Assembly (NCBI GenBank): GCA_902622985.1
Contig: CACNSH010000002.1
Span: 191,183 to 255,182 of the forward strand
Length of the DNA: 64,000 bases
Direction: 5' to 3'
Source of the DNA: an uncultured Pelagibacteraceae bacterium
GTDB lineage: Bacteria; Pseudomonadota; Alphaproteobacteria; Pelagibacterales; AG-422-B15
Of the stretch, positions 62,948-64,000 are shown one piece after another (the stretch's first letter is position 1; each line of letters starts with the position of its first letter). The notes below the pieces were generated by a model, which saw nothing but the letters and a program-made list of their open reading frames with translations, did not search any database and was not told where the DNA came from. A program made the translations under genes and the position numbers.

Positions 62948-64000
62948 ATGAATCAAAAAACAAGACAAGAACAAGACAGTATCGGCAAAATAAAAGTTTC
63001 AAATAGTAATTTTTGGGGAGCTCAAACTCAAAGATCATTAAAGAATTTTAAAATTGGCAATAATTTAATGCCCATAGAGATTATACATGCATTAGTCACA
63101 ATAAAAATGGCCTGCGCGAAAGTAAATCAAAAACAAAAGTCATTAGCTCCTAAAGTAGCAAATGCAATAATTAGTGCATCAAAAAATATTCTTACAGGAA
63201 AGCATGATGATCAATTCCCTCTTTCGGTTTGGCAGACTGGATCTGGAACTCAAACTAACATGAATGTAAATGAAGTCATCGCTAATCTTGCCAATAAAAA
63301 ACTTACCGGAAAACTTGGAACGAATAGTCCAGTTCATCCGAACGATCATGTCAACAAAAGTCAATCAACTAATGACAGTTTTCCATCTGCAATTAATATT
63401 GCTGCCTCAAAAAAAGTTAAAGATGAACTTATTCCGGCTTTAAATGAAATGGAAAAAATTTTAGGTAGCCAGTCCAAGAAATGGAAAAGTATCATCAAAA
63501 TCGGTAGGACACACTTGCAAGATGCAACTCCCTTATCACTTGGACAAGAGTTTTCAGGTTATCAATCTCAAATTGATATGAACATTAAACGACTGAAGAC
63601 AGCCCTGATTAACTTAAATTATTTAGCCCAAGGAGGGACGGCCGTTGGAACTGGTCTGAATACAAAAAAAGGGTTCGATAGACTCGTTGTAAATGAAATA
63701 GGTAAAATTAATAAAATTAAATTTAAACCTGCAAGTAATAAATTCCAAGCATTGGCCTCTCATGACTCTCTTGTAGAACTATCGGGAGTATTAAATGTTA
63801 TTGCAACGGATCTTTTTAAAATAGCAAATGACATTAGGCTGTTAGCTTCTGGACCAAGATCAGGTCTAGGAGAATTAAATTTACCTGAGAATGAACCTGG
63901 GTCATCTATAATGCCTGGTAAGGTAAATCCAACTCAAAGTGAAGCTCTAACAATGGCTTGTTTACAGGTTATGGGCAGTCACAACGTAATATCAATGGCA
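62948..64000 (+). CDS. fumC: Fumarate hydratase class II (3' end beyond window)
   Basis: Manual translation: [56 protein letters not shown]. Confidence 0.96.
   Translation, partial: MNQKTRQEQDSIGKIKVSNSNFWGAQTQRSLKNFKIGNNLMPIEIIHALVTIKMACAKVNQKQKSLAPKVANAIISASKNILTGKHDDQFPLSVWQTGSGTQTNMNVNEVIANLANKKLTGKLGTNSPVHPNDHVNKSQSTNDSFPSAINIAASKKVKDELIPALNEMEKILGSQSKKWKSIIKIGRTHLQDATPLSLGQEFSGYQSQIDMNIKRLKTALINLNYLAQGGTAVGTGLNTKKGFDRLVVNEIGKINKIKFKPASNKFQALASHDSLVELSGVLNVIATDLFKIANDIRLLASGPRSGLGELNLPENEPGSSIMPGKVNPTQSEALTMACLQVMGSHNVISMA

Overview
AT-rich, gene-dense chromosomal segment of a streamlined marine alphaproteobacterium. The gene set and two-piece tmRNA suggest a SAR11/HIMB59-like organism (inference). 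About 1-45 kb is accessory and metabolic: a DmdA-like demethylase operon with copper-chaperone genes, a betaine-type ABC transporter with hydrolases, a C1/folate locus (gcvT-like, metF, fhs, dmdB-like), BVMO and methyltransferases, fdx and FNR, dgcN-dgcA, a dehalogenase, a polar amino-acid ABC transporter and an amidinotransferase. About 45-64 kb is core: mreBCD-mrdA-rodA, leuA, ilvBNC, miaA, degP, hflKC, mrp, thyX, permuted tmRNA and fumC. I saw no CRISPR array, transposase, integrase, tRNA or rRNA. Best leads: (1) a 76-nt self-complementary element lying exactly between the metF Shine-Dalgarno and its ATG; (2) an unannotated three-hairpin RNA upstream of fdx, next to tandem DnaA boxes; (3) a 43-aa ArfA-like ORF missed by the ORF track; (4) the DmdA-like/SCO/PCuAC/Met-rich DUF2182 operon with a homopolymer-frameshifted lipoprotein; (5) a Leu-rich leuA leader peptide; (6) a tandem pair of paralogous ~70-aa membrane proteins. 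All family calls come from motif recognition, not database searches.
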